From an uncultured delta proteobacterium (lineage in GTDB: Bacteria; Desulfobacterota; Binatia; UBA9968): a stretch of DNA of 64,000 bases. The stretch lies in the NCBI GenBank assembly GCA_963804165.1, contig CAWDPO010000017.1, positions 224,001 to 288,000 of the forward strand, given 5' to 3'. The translations under genes were made by a program, and so were the position numbers. Under the pieces are notes generated by a model. That model searched no databases, was not told the DNA's origin, and saw only the letters and a program-made list of their open reading frames with translations. Positions within the stretch are counted from its first letter, which is position 1. The number at the start of each line of letters is the position of its first letter. Positions 30,471 through 39,288 of the stretch are shown here, piece by piece.

Positions 30471-30578
30471 GTTCCAATCGTTCCAGTAGTTCCAGCCGTT
30501 CCAATCGTTGAGAGAAGCATTCGACTAGCGCGCATTCCAAACGTTTGGAACGATTGAAACATTTGGAACGTCTGGAAC
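30471..30578. repeat. 9-nt GTTCCA tandem repeats arranged as an inverted pair
   Basis: GTTCCARYN x4 followed by TGGAAC-containing inverse copies between the cupin stop and the UbiD RBS. Confidence 0.8.
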
Positions 30579-30583
30579 CGACT

Positions 30584-31687
30584 TTATATCGCCGTCCTTT
30601 TTTGATACAGCTCCGGCCGCATCTTGCTCTTTAAGCCGTTTTTTGCCAATTCGGCCTCGAACGCCGCGCGAATTTCCGGATCTTCGTCCTCGTACTCGAT
30701 CTGGTTCGGCCCTTTGCCGATAAAGGGCTCGCCTTCACCGGACCAGCCGGGATAAGCGAGCATTCCGGGCGGATGAAATGCCAGGAAGCGCACCGGTTCG
30801 ACACTGGTATTGAAGTGCTCGTGGAACCACATCGCCGGCGGCACGAACATGCTCCAGGCATGCCAGTCGATGCGTTCGCGCGCTTTGCCGACTTCCCACA
30901 TGAACGAGAAGCCGGCGCCGTCGAGAATCACGATGGTGAAGCCGGGACCGTGGCGATGGGCTTTTTTGTAAGTACCGACGGACCAGCCGGAGAGGTGGAG
31001 AAACATCATCGTCCTGGCGAAGCGGACGCGCATGCTGTACGCATCCTGAGCGCGATCGCGGCTTTGTTTGAAGCCACCTTTTTCTTCGAGGGCGTAAACG
31101 TTTTCGCGCGTGAACCACCGGCGCACATCGGCGATGAAGTTGGTCTCGACTCCGTTGAAGCCGGCAAGCACCTGCGGCGCTTCGGTAAAATAGTTTTCTT
31201 CGTCGGCGAAGCGGTCGAGGAATTTATAGTCGCAATTGAACAGAAAATCGTTGTTGTTGAAGAGCTGCATGTAGAGCGGCGCCGACGTGCAGGACACCAG
31301 GCGCGCGGGCGTGCCCATGGCATAGTGCTCGTAAAACACGTTGGGCGGGATTGCGAAAACGCTGCCCTGCTGCCACTCGAAGGTTCTTTTCTTGCCGTCT
31401 TTGTACCACATGGAAGTCGCGCCTTGGCCGTCGACGATCATTACGGATTCGTCGAATACCTGGCGGCGTGGCGTAGTCTTTTCGCCGCGGGGGATTTCCA
31501 AGACCACGGCATCGTTGACCACGGCGTTAGATAGATTGATAAATGCGCCGTTGGCGTTGCGCCCTTTCCAATAGCCGACCGGCACGGTGCGCAAGTCTTC
31601 GACAAAGTAGCCGGTGTGAATCGGAATGCCCTGTTCCTTTTGCCAAGTTAAGTAGGGGTTGAGCACGAATTGACTCGAGGCAGCCAT
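30584..31687 (-). CDS. bicupin protein (gentisate-dioxygenase-like)
   Basis: FEWQQGSVFAIPPN..YEH; KKAHRHGPG..FVPPAMWFHEHFN. Confidence 0.8.
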   Translation of the reverse strand: MAASSQFVLNPYLTWQKEQGIPIHTGYFVEDLRTVPVGYWKGRNANGAFINLSNAVVNDAVVLEIPRGEKTTPRRQVFDESVMIVDGQGATSMWYKDGKKRTFEWQQGSVFAIPPNVFYEHYAMGTPARLVSCTSAPLYMQLFNNNDFLFNCDYKFLDRFADEENYFTEAPQVLAGFNGVETNFIADVRRWFTRENVYALEEKGGFKQSRDRAQDAYSMRVRFARTMMFLHLSGWSVGTYKKAHRHGPGFTIVILDGAGFSFMWEVGKARERIDWHAWSMFVPPAMWFHEHFNTSVEPVRFLAFHPPGMLAYPGWSGEGEPFIGKGPNQIEYEDEDPEIRAAFEAELAKNGLKSKMRPELYQKRTAI

Positions 31688-31720
31688 CCAAAGACCTCCG
31701 TGTGAAGTTTCTCAGAAAAG

Positions 31721-32704
31721 TTACTTGCCGTACAAGCGCTCGACAAAACCACTTTTCTTAATGTCGTCGAGCAAGGTGCTGTCGATAAAATCTTTCGCCT
31801 GCGCCAGCTTTGCCCTGGAGGTGCCGATGGAGTCGAGAGCGGTTTGCACCGCTTTTTCATCCGGAATCGGAAACTCGACCAGCACCTTGGCGATTTTCTT
31901 ATAACCGACTTCTGCATCTTTAATGCCTTCCCGTTTAAGAATCGCTATGGGCAGTTCGGGTCGCGTTTTGAATACGAAAATGCCTTCGATCAGCGCTTCT
32001 AAGTACCTGCGAAATATCTCGCGCCGCGCCTTGAGCGATGCCGCCGGCACGATGACTCCGAAGCGCGCGTATTCGATGGGAAGATCTTCCAGGTCGGCAA
32101 GATTGACGCAGCAGCCCGAGTCGAGAATCTTCGGCAGATCGTAGGTGCCGATCAGTGCGCCATCGATGTGGCCCGCCACCAGCGCGGCGATGCGGATGGC
32201 GTCGTTGCCGCCCGACTGAATGATTGCGACGTCTTTCTCCGGATCGAGCTTCCAGTAGCGTAGCAGCATGCGCGTGACGAAATCCGAGGACGCGCCGAAA
32301 CGGCTGATCGCGATGCGTTTGCCTCTGAGATCGGCGGGCGCTTTGGCCGGCTTGCGCGCGATGAAGCTGAGCGTGATGCGGTTCATCCATCCGGCGATGA
32401 TTCGCACATCCAAGATTCCTGCGGCCTTGAGGTTGAGCATCGTCGGTATATTGGAGTCCGTGAGATCGATATCGCCGCCGACCAACGCTTGCGCAGTGAT
32501 TGCCCCGCTATTGAAATATATCGCCTTGACATCGAGATTGTATTTGGCCCAGAGGCCGGCCTTGTCGATGGTGTTATAGAGACTCTGGGCCACACCCGCT
32601 CCGCTGTAACCCATCTTGAGCGCTGGTTGCGCATACGCGCCGCGCCCGCCCGCCAGCGAGATCACAACTATGAATAGAAGCGTTTCGATGTATCGCAACA
32701 TCAT
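31721..32704 (-). CDS. NMT1/SsuA-type ABC substrate-binding protein
   Basis: Signal peptide AYA-QP; DLRGKRIAISRFGASSD; paralog of the 26828 gene. Confidence 0.85.
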   Translation of the reverse strand: MMLRYIETLLFIVVISLAGGRGAYAQPALKMGYSGAGVAQSLYNTIDKAGLWAKYNLDVKAIYFNSGAITAQALVGGDIDLTDSNIPTMLNLKAAGILDVRIIAGWMNRITLSFIARKPAKAPADLRGKRIAISRFGASSDFVTRMLLRYWKLDPEKDVAIIQSGGNDAIRIAALVAGHIDGALIGTYDLPKILDSGCCVNLADLEDLPIEYARFGVIVPAASLKARREIFRRYLEALIEGIFVFKTRPELPIAILKREGIKDAEVGYKKIAKVLVEFPIPDEKAVQTALDSIGTSRAKLAQAKDFIDSTLLDDIKKSGFVERLYGK

Positions 32705-32785
32705 GCCCCGCCGGGGCGAGATGGGAAGAAATCGAATAGCGGAGTGGTAGACTGTCGGGAGAATTCGAATGGCATGCATCTTCTC

Positions 32786-32818
32786 AATACTCCATTACTC
32801 CAACACTCCATCACCCCA
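32786..32818. repeat. 8-nt ACTCCA tandem repeat overlapping an amidohydrolase 3' end
   Basis: caATACTCCAttACTCCAacACTCCAtcACCCCA; same unit at 51264-51338. Confidence 0.7.
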
Positions 32819-33934
32819 AGCGATCTTGTACAGTTTCGTCGCATTGACCGACAATACTCGTCGCTGCTCAAGCGCGCTCATGTTGGCTAAACATTGGGTT
32901 GCAAACTTTTCCGTCTCCGGCCAGGTGGAATTCGCGGTGGGAAAGTTTGTCGACCACAGAATGTTTTCCGTGCCGATATGGCGCGCGTTGATCTTCACTT
33001 CATCGTACCAAGTCGTCAAATAACATTGACGGCGAAACATCTCGGACGGTTTCAATTCGTAATCGCAGTGATCCTGCTCGTACTGATGGTCGGCGTATTC
33101 CAACAGAAAAGTTCCCCAGCCGATGGTGCTCTCGGCGAAAACAACCTTGAGCTTGGGATAACGCAGCAGAATGCGCGAGAAGAGAAAGTTTGTCAGGTCG
33201 AATACGGCGCTGGCCGGACGAACGACAGATTGGAATGCTGCCGTCAGCTCCGGCGAAAGGTTCGGCGCCATCGGAAAATGCAATTGCGGGGCCGAGCCGG
33301 CGTGAAAGCACAGCGGGACATTGAAGTCCTGGCAGGTTGCCCAAACCGGATCGTAGTCGGGACTATTGATATGCGGCAGCTTGCGCAGATGCATGGGTTC
33401 CGCGGGAAAGATGACGCTGCGATGACCGCGGTCGACCGCGCGCCTGATCTCGCTGATGGTCGCTTCGATGGGTGACAGCGGCACGATGCACTGCGGGATA
33501 AAACGCTCGCTTGCCGCCACCCACTCGTCGATCAGCCAATCGTTGTAAGCTTGCACACAGGCGAGCTCAAGTTCCGCATCGGCGATCGTGCCGAACAATT
33601 CGCCGGAGAAGCCGGGGAGGCTTGGATAGAGCACGGCGAATTCGACGCCGTCTTCATCCATCGCTTTGAGCCGTGCGCTTGGATCGTAAGCGGCGGTTGG
33701 TATTTCTTCCCAGCATTTTGGAATATTTGTGCGGTCTGCGAGTAGCGCGCCGACACGAGCAGTGTCAGCGAGCGGCCGTGGCCGGCCATCGACGATCCAC
33801 GAATCGGCGCCATCGCGCGATCGTTCGAGATGGGGAATACGGTTGCCGAATTTCGCCTTCGACAGCCGCCGCGACCAAACGTCAGGCGGCTCGACGACGT
33901 GATCGACGGCACTGATGAGTCGTGTTGTAGCCAT
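32795..33934 (-). CDS. amidohydrolase family 2 protein (atypical motifs)
   Basis: ISAVDHVVEP, PLCFH, WSTNFPT, NATKLY. Confidence 0.85.
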   Translation of the reverse strand: MATTRLISAVDHVVEPPDVWSRRLSKAKFGNRIPHLERSRDGADSWIVDGRPRPLADTARVGALLADRTNIPKCWEEIPTAAYDPSARLKAMDEDGVEFAVLYPSLPGFSGELFGTIADAELELACVQAYNDWLIDEWVAASERFIPQCIVPLSPIEATISEIRRAVDRGHRSVIFPAEPMHLRKLPHINSPDYDPVWATCQDFNVPLCFHAGSAPQLHFPMAPNLSPELTAAFQSVVRPASAVFDLTNFLFSRILLRYPKLKVVFAESTIGWGTFLLEYADHQYEQDHCDYELKPSEMFRRQCYLTTWYDEVKINARHIGTENILWSTNFPTANSTWPETEKFATQCLANMSALEQRRVLSVNATKLYKIAWGDGVLE

Positions 33935-33968
33935 AGCCTCTCTTCAGTTTTCTATCGCGGGCAATTAG

Positions 33969-34083
33969 CTCCCTCTGCCTTAACGGGAGAGGATTGAGGT
34001 GAGGGTGAATTTCGAGAACATATCGAAGTACCGTTCGAAGAGTATCACCCCCATCTTAATCTTCCCCCATCGAGGGGGAAGAG
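33969..34083. repeat. family A REP doublet
   Basis: CTCCCTCT..GGGAGAGG..GAGGGTG / CACCCCCATCTTAATCTTCCCCC..GGGGGAAG. Confidence 0.75.
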
Positions 34084-34109
34084 AAACAAAATAATTGGCG
34101 AGCACGGTA

Positions 34110-35255
34110 TCACGTCACTCTGTAGAGCGCGCGGGCGTTTTGATACAGCATCTTCTCGCGCTCGTCTTTGGGCACGTCTGCGAGGGAACGTTCGACAAAT
34201 TTCCACGAGTCAGGATAGGTCGAGGCGATGTGCGGATAGTCGGACTCCCACATGATGTTGTCGACCCCGACCGCGTCGCGCAGTTCGATGCCAGCGCGTT
34301 CGTACCAGAAATTGACGTAGACCTGTTGCCGGATCAATTCGCTCGGCTTTCGATCCAAGCCGTGACGCCAGAGTTGGCGCCGTTCCCATTCGTGATCGCA
34401 GGCTGCCTGCACGCAACTCACCGAGCCGATGCCGGTCTCGGCAAAGACCCACTTCGAACGCGGAAATTTGTAGGCGATGCCCGAGAAAATCAAGTTGGGC
34501 ACGATCTGTGCCGGCCACGCTGAGGTCGGTACAGTGAACGCGGCATGCTGTTGATATGGCGTATAACCATCCCACTCGGGGAACGTCAGCTTGCGCGCAA
34601 GTCCGGCCGACGCGTGAAAGTGAATCGGCATTTCGAGTTCCTGACAGATTTCCCACAAAGGATACCAGTAAGGCTCGCTGATGTGCGGTAGCGATTCGAC
34701 CATAAGGCTCGGCAGCGCGAACATGACGACGCCGCGATGACCTTGGCTCGCCGCGCGTCTCACCTCGGCAACGATCACGTCCATGCCACAGAGCAGCGGC
34801 ACCATGGCGAGGGAAATAAAGCGCGCGCTAGCGCGCGTCAATTCCCCGAGCGAGTCGTTGTAAGCCTGCACACAGGCGAGCTCGAATTCGGCGTCGTTGT
34901 ATTGATGAAACGAGCTCGGATCGTTGGGAAACAGCACTTCGGCATCGACGCCGTCGGCATCGAGGGCTCTAAGCCGTTCGCTCGCAACGTAGGCTTTGGC
35001 CGGGACTTCTTTCCAGTGCTGCGGATAGAGATTACGCTTTGGATCGCCCATCACGGCGGGGCAGTTGCACACGCCGCGCGTGTGCAATGGCCGCCCATTG
35101 ACGACCCAGCGCTCGACTTTGGCGCCTTTGTTATCGACTTCCTTGATTTGCGGGATACGCTCACCGAATTTACTTTTTGACATGCGGCTGAGAAACGCAT
35201 GGGGTTCGGTGACGACGTGCGAGTCTGCGCTGATGAGGCCGTGATGAATTTCCAT
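34110..35255 (-). CDS. amidohydrolase family 2 protein
   Basis: ISADSHV, PIHFH, WESDYPH, QNARALY. Confidence 0.9.
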   Translation of the reverse strand: MEIHHGLISADSHVVTEPHAFLSRMSKSKFGERIPQIKEVDNKGAKVERWVVNGRPLHTRGVCNCPAVMGDPKRNLYPQHWKEVPAKAYVASERLRALDADGVDAEVLFPNDPSSFHQYNDAEFELACVQAYNDSLGELTRASARFISLAMVPLLCGMDVIVAEVRRAASQGHRGVVMFALPSLMVESLPHISEPYWYPLWEICQELEMPIHFHASAGLARKLTFPEWDGYTPYQQHAAFTVPTSAWPAQIVPNLIFSGIAYKFPRSKWVFAETGIGSVSCVQAACDHEWERRQLWRHGLDRKPSELIRQQVYVNFWYERAGIELRDAVGVDNIMWESDYPHIASTYPDSWKFVERSLADVPKDEREKMLYQNARALYRVT

Positions 35256-35304
35256 CTAGAATCCTTGCAAGTTTGCCGAACGTACGCCGTGATTTGAATC
35301 GCTT

Positions 35305-35498
35305 GGGGTTCATTCCCCGCAGCTTGCTGCGTTTTCGCAACGGCCAATCCGAAGTCCGTCATTCCCGCATGTTTTAAGCGGGAATCCAGGCCAATCCGGA
35401 TCTGGACCCCGGACTAAAACATTCCGGGGTGACGGAATGGGAATCGTTCGCATGATGGGTCTTCGATACCCCGCAGCTTGCTGCGAGGTAGTTTATTT
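35305..35498 (+). mobile_element. family B non-autonomous element: CGTC-tagged REP doublet flanked by two CCCCGCAGCTTGCTGCG hairpins
   Basis: Hairpins at 35315-35331 and 35469-35485; core CGTCATTCCCGC..GCGGGAATCCAG / CTGGACCCC..GGGGTGACG; related copies at 38178, 49953, 54848. Confidence 0.65.
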
Positions 35499-35521
35499 TA
35501 TGTTCTAATCGCCTTTCCGAT

Positions 35522-35638
35522 TTCCTTCCCCTCGACGGGGAAGGACAAAGGTAGGGGTGATCTTAATTCTGACTTGCACCCCCATCTCAATCCCTTCGAC
35601 CAGGCTCAGGACAGGCTTCCCCCGTCGAAGGGGGAAGA
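35522..35638. repeat. family A REP doublet carrying a 24-bp insertion (35592-35615)
   Basis: Near-identical to the reverse complement of 62701-62793 except for the inserted CCCTTCGACCAGGCTCAGGACAGG. Confidence 0.8.
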
Positions 35639-35719
35639 CGTAAATCCTCGCGCCCACACCAAGATCCCATTTTCCTTGCTTTAAGTCGAAACTAGAAACG
35701 CGAAACTCGAAATTTTGTC

Positions 35720-36401
35720 CTAATCTAACTCCGCCATCGCCGTGGCAACCGCGCCATGAAAACAGCGCTCGATGGCGAGCGACTCTTCGGCGCCGCGGAG
35801 AACTTGCTGTACGGACAGGTCGTCGACGACGTAACTTTCAAAAACCTGGTTCAATAAATCGGAATGCTCTACGTCCGCAACGAGATGAACTTGCGTACCG
35901 ATGTCTTGGTCTTTCCTCTTGATTCCCAGCTCCACTTCCTGCCGCTTCACCAAGCGCTGCGTAAGCGTGCCGCCTTTGACGATCTGATCGTTGTTGCGCC
36001 GTTCTAGAATGTGCGAGCAGGCAAGCCCTTCGAGCCAGGGATTTTCACGAGCACAGTAAAGCCAAGCGTAAAACGCGGCGCGCGCGCCGGGAATCATGTC
36101 GGATTCCTTACTGCCGCCCAAATCTTCTTCGGTCACATGCGCCTTGCCCATGCGCGGGTCGTAGATCAGCTCGTCTTTTTCATGCTCCCAGATCGCGCGC
36201 TTGACGTCGAGCGGCGCCTTACACGAGACCGCCGCCCAGCAGTCGCGCCGGTTGTTGCCGAAGAAAGTCATGTGCAGATGGCGGAAGGCGAGTCGTGTCG
36301 GTGTCAGTGGCACGGTCAGCATGCGCTTGATTTCCGGCGTTTCGTACCACTGGTTGACCAGGCAGATCTAATTGTTTTGCGACTTCGGGCCATTTGCTCA
36401 T
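35720..36401 (-). CDS. heme-oxygenase-like diiron protein (TenA/PqqC/CADD superfamily), +1 frameshift ~36361
   Basis: HEKDEL...H, HILE, HLVADVEH (H-x3-D-x2-H); GGAGG RBS before ATG 36401. Confidence 0.75.
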
Positions 36402-36519
36402 TGCAGATTCCTCCCGCGAATCTTAGCCGTGCGATCAAGCAATTGTCGGCATTGCGCGAATATACGTCCGCGCGGAAAGGGCTGTCAATCAAACGAAGGC
36501 AAGGCGAAAAAGTTCACTG

Positions 36520-37017
36520 TCAGGAAATCGAACGATTCATCTCGAGATCGCTTAGGGCGGGATCGTTTCGGTAAGGCGCAGTGTTCCCCGTAAGTGTGAA
36601 GCCGAGACGTTTGTAGAACTCGATCGCCGCGTCGTTGTTGCTCGTGACGATCAATTGCACTGTGCGCGCACGCTGTGCACGAGCCCAATCGACGATCGCT
36701 TCTACTAATTTTCGGCCGATTCCCAGTCGGCGATGCGCCGGCGCTACCCACATGGATACCAAGTGGGCGTGGGATGCGTCGTCTTTGTCGAGAAATCCGC
36801 CGACGATGCCGCACGGCGTGGTGGCGTCCATTGCAAGATATACGATTGATCCTTCGCCGTTCCGCAGCGATGCACGCTTGACCCACTCAGCGTCGGTAAG
36901 CCGGGATTCATCGGCGTAGGTCGAACTGAAGGCCATCGGCGTATCGCACAATGCTTGAAGGCGAACGTCCTTGAAGAGTATGGCGTTCTGCGGCGTGACT
37001 GGTTCGAGAGTGATCAC
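36520..37017 (-). CDS. GNAT N-acetyltransferase
   Basis: LVSMWVAPAHRRLGIG, NDAAIEFYKRLGF. Confidence 0.9.
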   Translation of the reverse strand: MITLEPVTPQNAILFKDVRLQALCDTPMAFSSTYADESRLTDAEWVKRASLRNGEGSIVYLAMDATTPCGIVGGFLDKDDASHAHLVSMWVAPAHRRLGIGRKLVEAIVDWARAQRARTVQLIVTSNNDAAIEFYKRLGFTLTGNTAPYRNDPALSDLEMNRSIS

Positions 37018-37026
37018 AGTGTATTA

Positions 37027-38116
37027 TTAAGTTCTGTATAATATAGTGACATATTTAGATTATTGTGATAGTGTTCGGTGCATGGGAAATCCGATAGGAG
37101 TACGACGAGATTTTGATGTACTGGAACAGCGGCGATTGGAGGCAGCTCGTCTGCTTCGCGCTGGGGTTTCGCAATCCGAAGTGGCGCGGCAAGTGCGAGT
37201 ACACCGCCAGTCGGTAAGTCGCTGGGACAAAGAACTCAAGGAGTCGGGAATCCGGGGGCTCAAAAAAGCCGGCCGTGCAGGGAGAAAACCCTTACTGAGC
37301 ACAGCAGACCTACGGCGCGTAGAGTCTAAGCTCAAGCAAGGAGCGCAGGCCAGAGGGTATACCACCGAGCTATGGACGACCTCCCGGGTGGCTGATCTGA
37401 TCGAGCAGGAATGTGGGGTCAAATACCACCCGGCCCATGTGTGGCGGATCCTGCAAGAACTGGGTTGGAGCTGCCAGAAGCCAGCTAAACGGGCGTTGGA
37501 GCGTGATGAAAAAAAGATCGAGCGATGGAAGAAAAAGCGCTGGCCTAAGCTTAAAAAAAAGCGCAGAGGGAGAAGCGCACGATAGTGTTTATCGACGAGA
37601 GTGGATTGAGCGAGAGGCCGCACTGTTGTCGGACTTGGTCGCCCAAAGGACAAACGCCTATTCTGCAGTATCATTTTAACTGGCAGCATCTGTCGGCCAT
37701 GGCGGGGGTGACCTGGAGAAACTTTTATTTTCGCTTGTTTCCCGGTTCGGTTCGTAGCCCCCAGGTGGTGGAGTTCTTGAAACACTTGTTGCGCCACATC
37801 CGAGGCAAGGTGCTGGTCATCTGGGACGGGCTCAGAAGCCACAGGAGCCGGTTGGTCAACGATTTCGTCTTTGCACAACGCGGCCGGCTGCACATTGAGT
37901 TTCTTCCTGCTTATGCCCCTGAGCTCAACCCGGTAGAGTATCTTTGGGGTTACTGGAAACAACATGAGTTACCTAACTTCTGTCCAAAACACTTCTTCGA
38001 ACTTACCTACCAAGCCCGACAAGCTCTGCGTCGAATGCGCCGTCGACCGACTCTCGTCACTGCGTTCTGGAAACAAGCTGAGCTGTTTTGATGTAACTAT
38101 ATTATGCAAAGGTCAA
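37027..38116 (+). mobile_element. IS630-family insertion sequence, copy 2 (TA duplication 37025-6/38117-8)
   Basis: Same as copy 1 (offset 9232); one difference seen, G28279 vs A37511 (E>K). Confidence 0.95.
37082..38091 (+). CDS. IS630 transposase (-1 frameshift orfA/orfB)
   Basis: Same motifs as copy 1. Confidence 0.9.
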
Positions 38117-38177
38117 TAGGTGGAATTTTTGATTTCTGCGAGGATTACGTTCAATCCCTATTAAGGTTGGTTGCTTG

Positions 38178-38326
38178 TCCGAAGTCCGTCATTCCCGCGT
38201 GTTTTAAGCGGGAATCCAGGCGAGTCCGGAAACTGGACCCCCGATAAAAGCGCTCGGGGGTGACTCGTCTAACGCAAAACTCGTCGCTGAACTTTGATAT
38301 TCGACACCTTGCCGGAGGTTGTTCAT
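38178..38326 (+). repeat. family B element, decayed ends
   Basis: CCGAAGTCCGTCATTCCCGCGTGTTTTAAGCGGGAATCCAGG...CTGGACCCCCG..CGGGGGTGAC; ends GGAGGTTGTTCAT. Confidence 0.7.
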
Positions 38327-39250
38327 TCAACCAACTAGCGGCACAACCTTCTTCTGAAAGAGCGTAAGTTGATCCACCTCATCCTTGATCGGCCATACAA
38401 AAATACGCTGAACGCCGGCTGCTTTGTAAGCCGCGAGTTTTTCCGCGCAGGCTTCCGGCGGACCGATGAGAAGGCGCTCGCGGAATTGATCGAGCGGACG
38501 ATGCAGGAACGCTGTGAGCGTTTCAGACAAAAGTCGCTCAGCCTCGGATTTGTTTTCAGTGACGTACATGAACATTGTGACCAGCGCGTTTGGGAAACTC
38601 GCGGGATCTTTGGCGACGGTCATCAACTCGTTCTGAAGTTTACCCAAGCCGATCCTGAATTGATCTGGCATTGTGTTGTACGCCGACGCCAGCCATCCGT
38701 CTCCCAATCGTGCCACCCGGCGCAGGCCGGCGTCCGAGCCCCAGCTGCCGATCCAAATCGGCGGAGTCGGCATTTGCAGCGGTTTCGGTTCGAGATTGAT
38801 TCCCACCGTGGAATAAAACCGTCCGGTGAAGCCCTCGCCGGTCCAAAAAGAACGTAAAGCCTGAACGCTTTCGTCAAAGCGCTTCCAGCGCTCCTCGTAG
38901 TTCAAACCGACAATCTCATAGTCGCGCGCCGCAGATCCGGGTCCGACGCCGACAATCAGCCGGCCATTGGAGAGTACGTCGATAGCGGCCATAGTTTTAG
39001 CCACCTGCACCGGACCGCGCACGACGGAGAGTAAGATGCTGGTCCCGACCGTCATGTTTCCGCTGTGGGAAAGGATTGCGGCGAGAGCAGTCGGCGCGTC
39101 CAACCACGGACGAGAATGGATCAAATGATCATTGGTCGAGACCGCTTTAAAGCCCAAGTCCCGGGCGGTTTGCACATAGGCCGACAACCACTCCAAGGAA
39201 AAGCGTTGGAAACCAAAATCTATAACGGGAAGATGCGCGCCGTAATCCAT
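38327..39250 (-). CDS. LLM-class flavin-dependent oxidoreductase
   Basis: NDH, IDVLSNGRLIVGVG, PKPLQ..PPIWIG, RVARLGDGW. Confidence 0.9.
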   Translation of the reverse strand: MDYGAHLPVIDFGFQRFSLEWLSAYVQTARDLGFKAVSTNDHLIHSRPWLDAPTALAAILSHSGNMTVGTSILLSVVRGPVQVAKTMAAIDVLSNGRLIVGVGPGSAARDYEIVGLNYEERWKRFDESVQALRSFWTGEGFTGRFYSTVGINLEPKPLQMPTPPIWIGSWGSDAGLRRVARLGDGWLASAYNTMPDQFRIGLGKLQNELMTVAKDPASFPNALVTMFMYVTENKSEAERLLSETLTAFLHRPLDQFRERLLIGPPEACAEKLAAYKAAGVQRIFVWPIKDEVDQLTLFQKKVVPLVG

Positions 39251-39288
39251 GTTAGTCTCTCCATGCTGGTAATCGGTCTATAGCTCTA

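Noticed and set aside
27795-38116. Composite transposon carrying the UbiD/cupin/amidohydrolase cluster between two IS630 copies
   Set aside because: The SBP reading frame is restored across copy 1, so DNA inside and outside was contiguous before insertion; the copies are independent insertions
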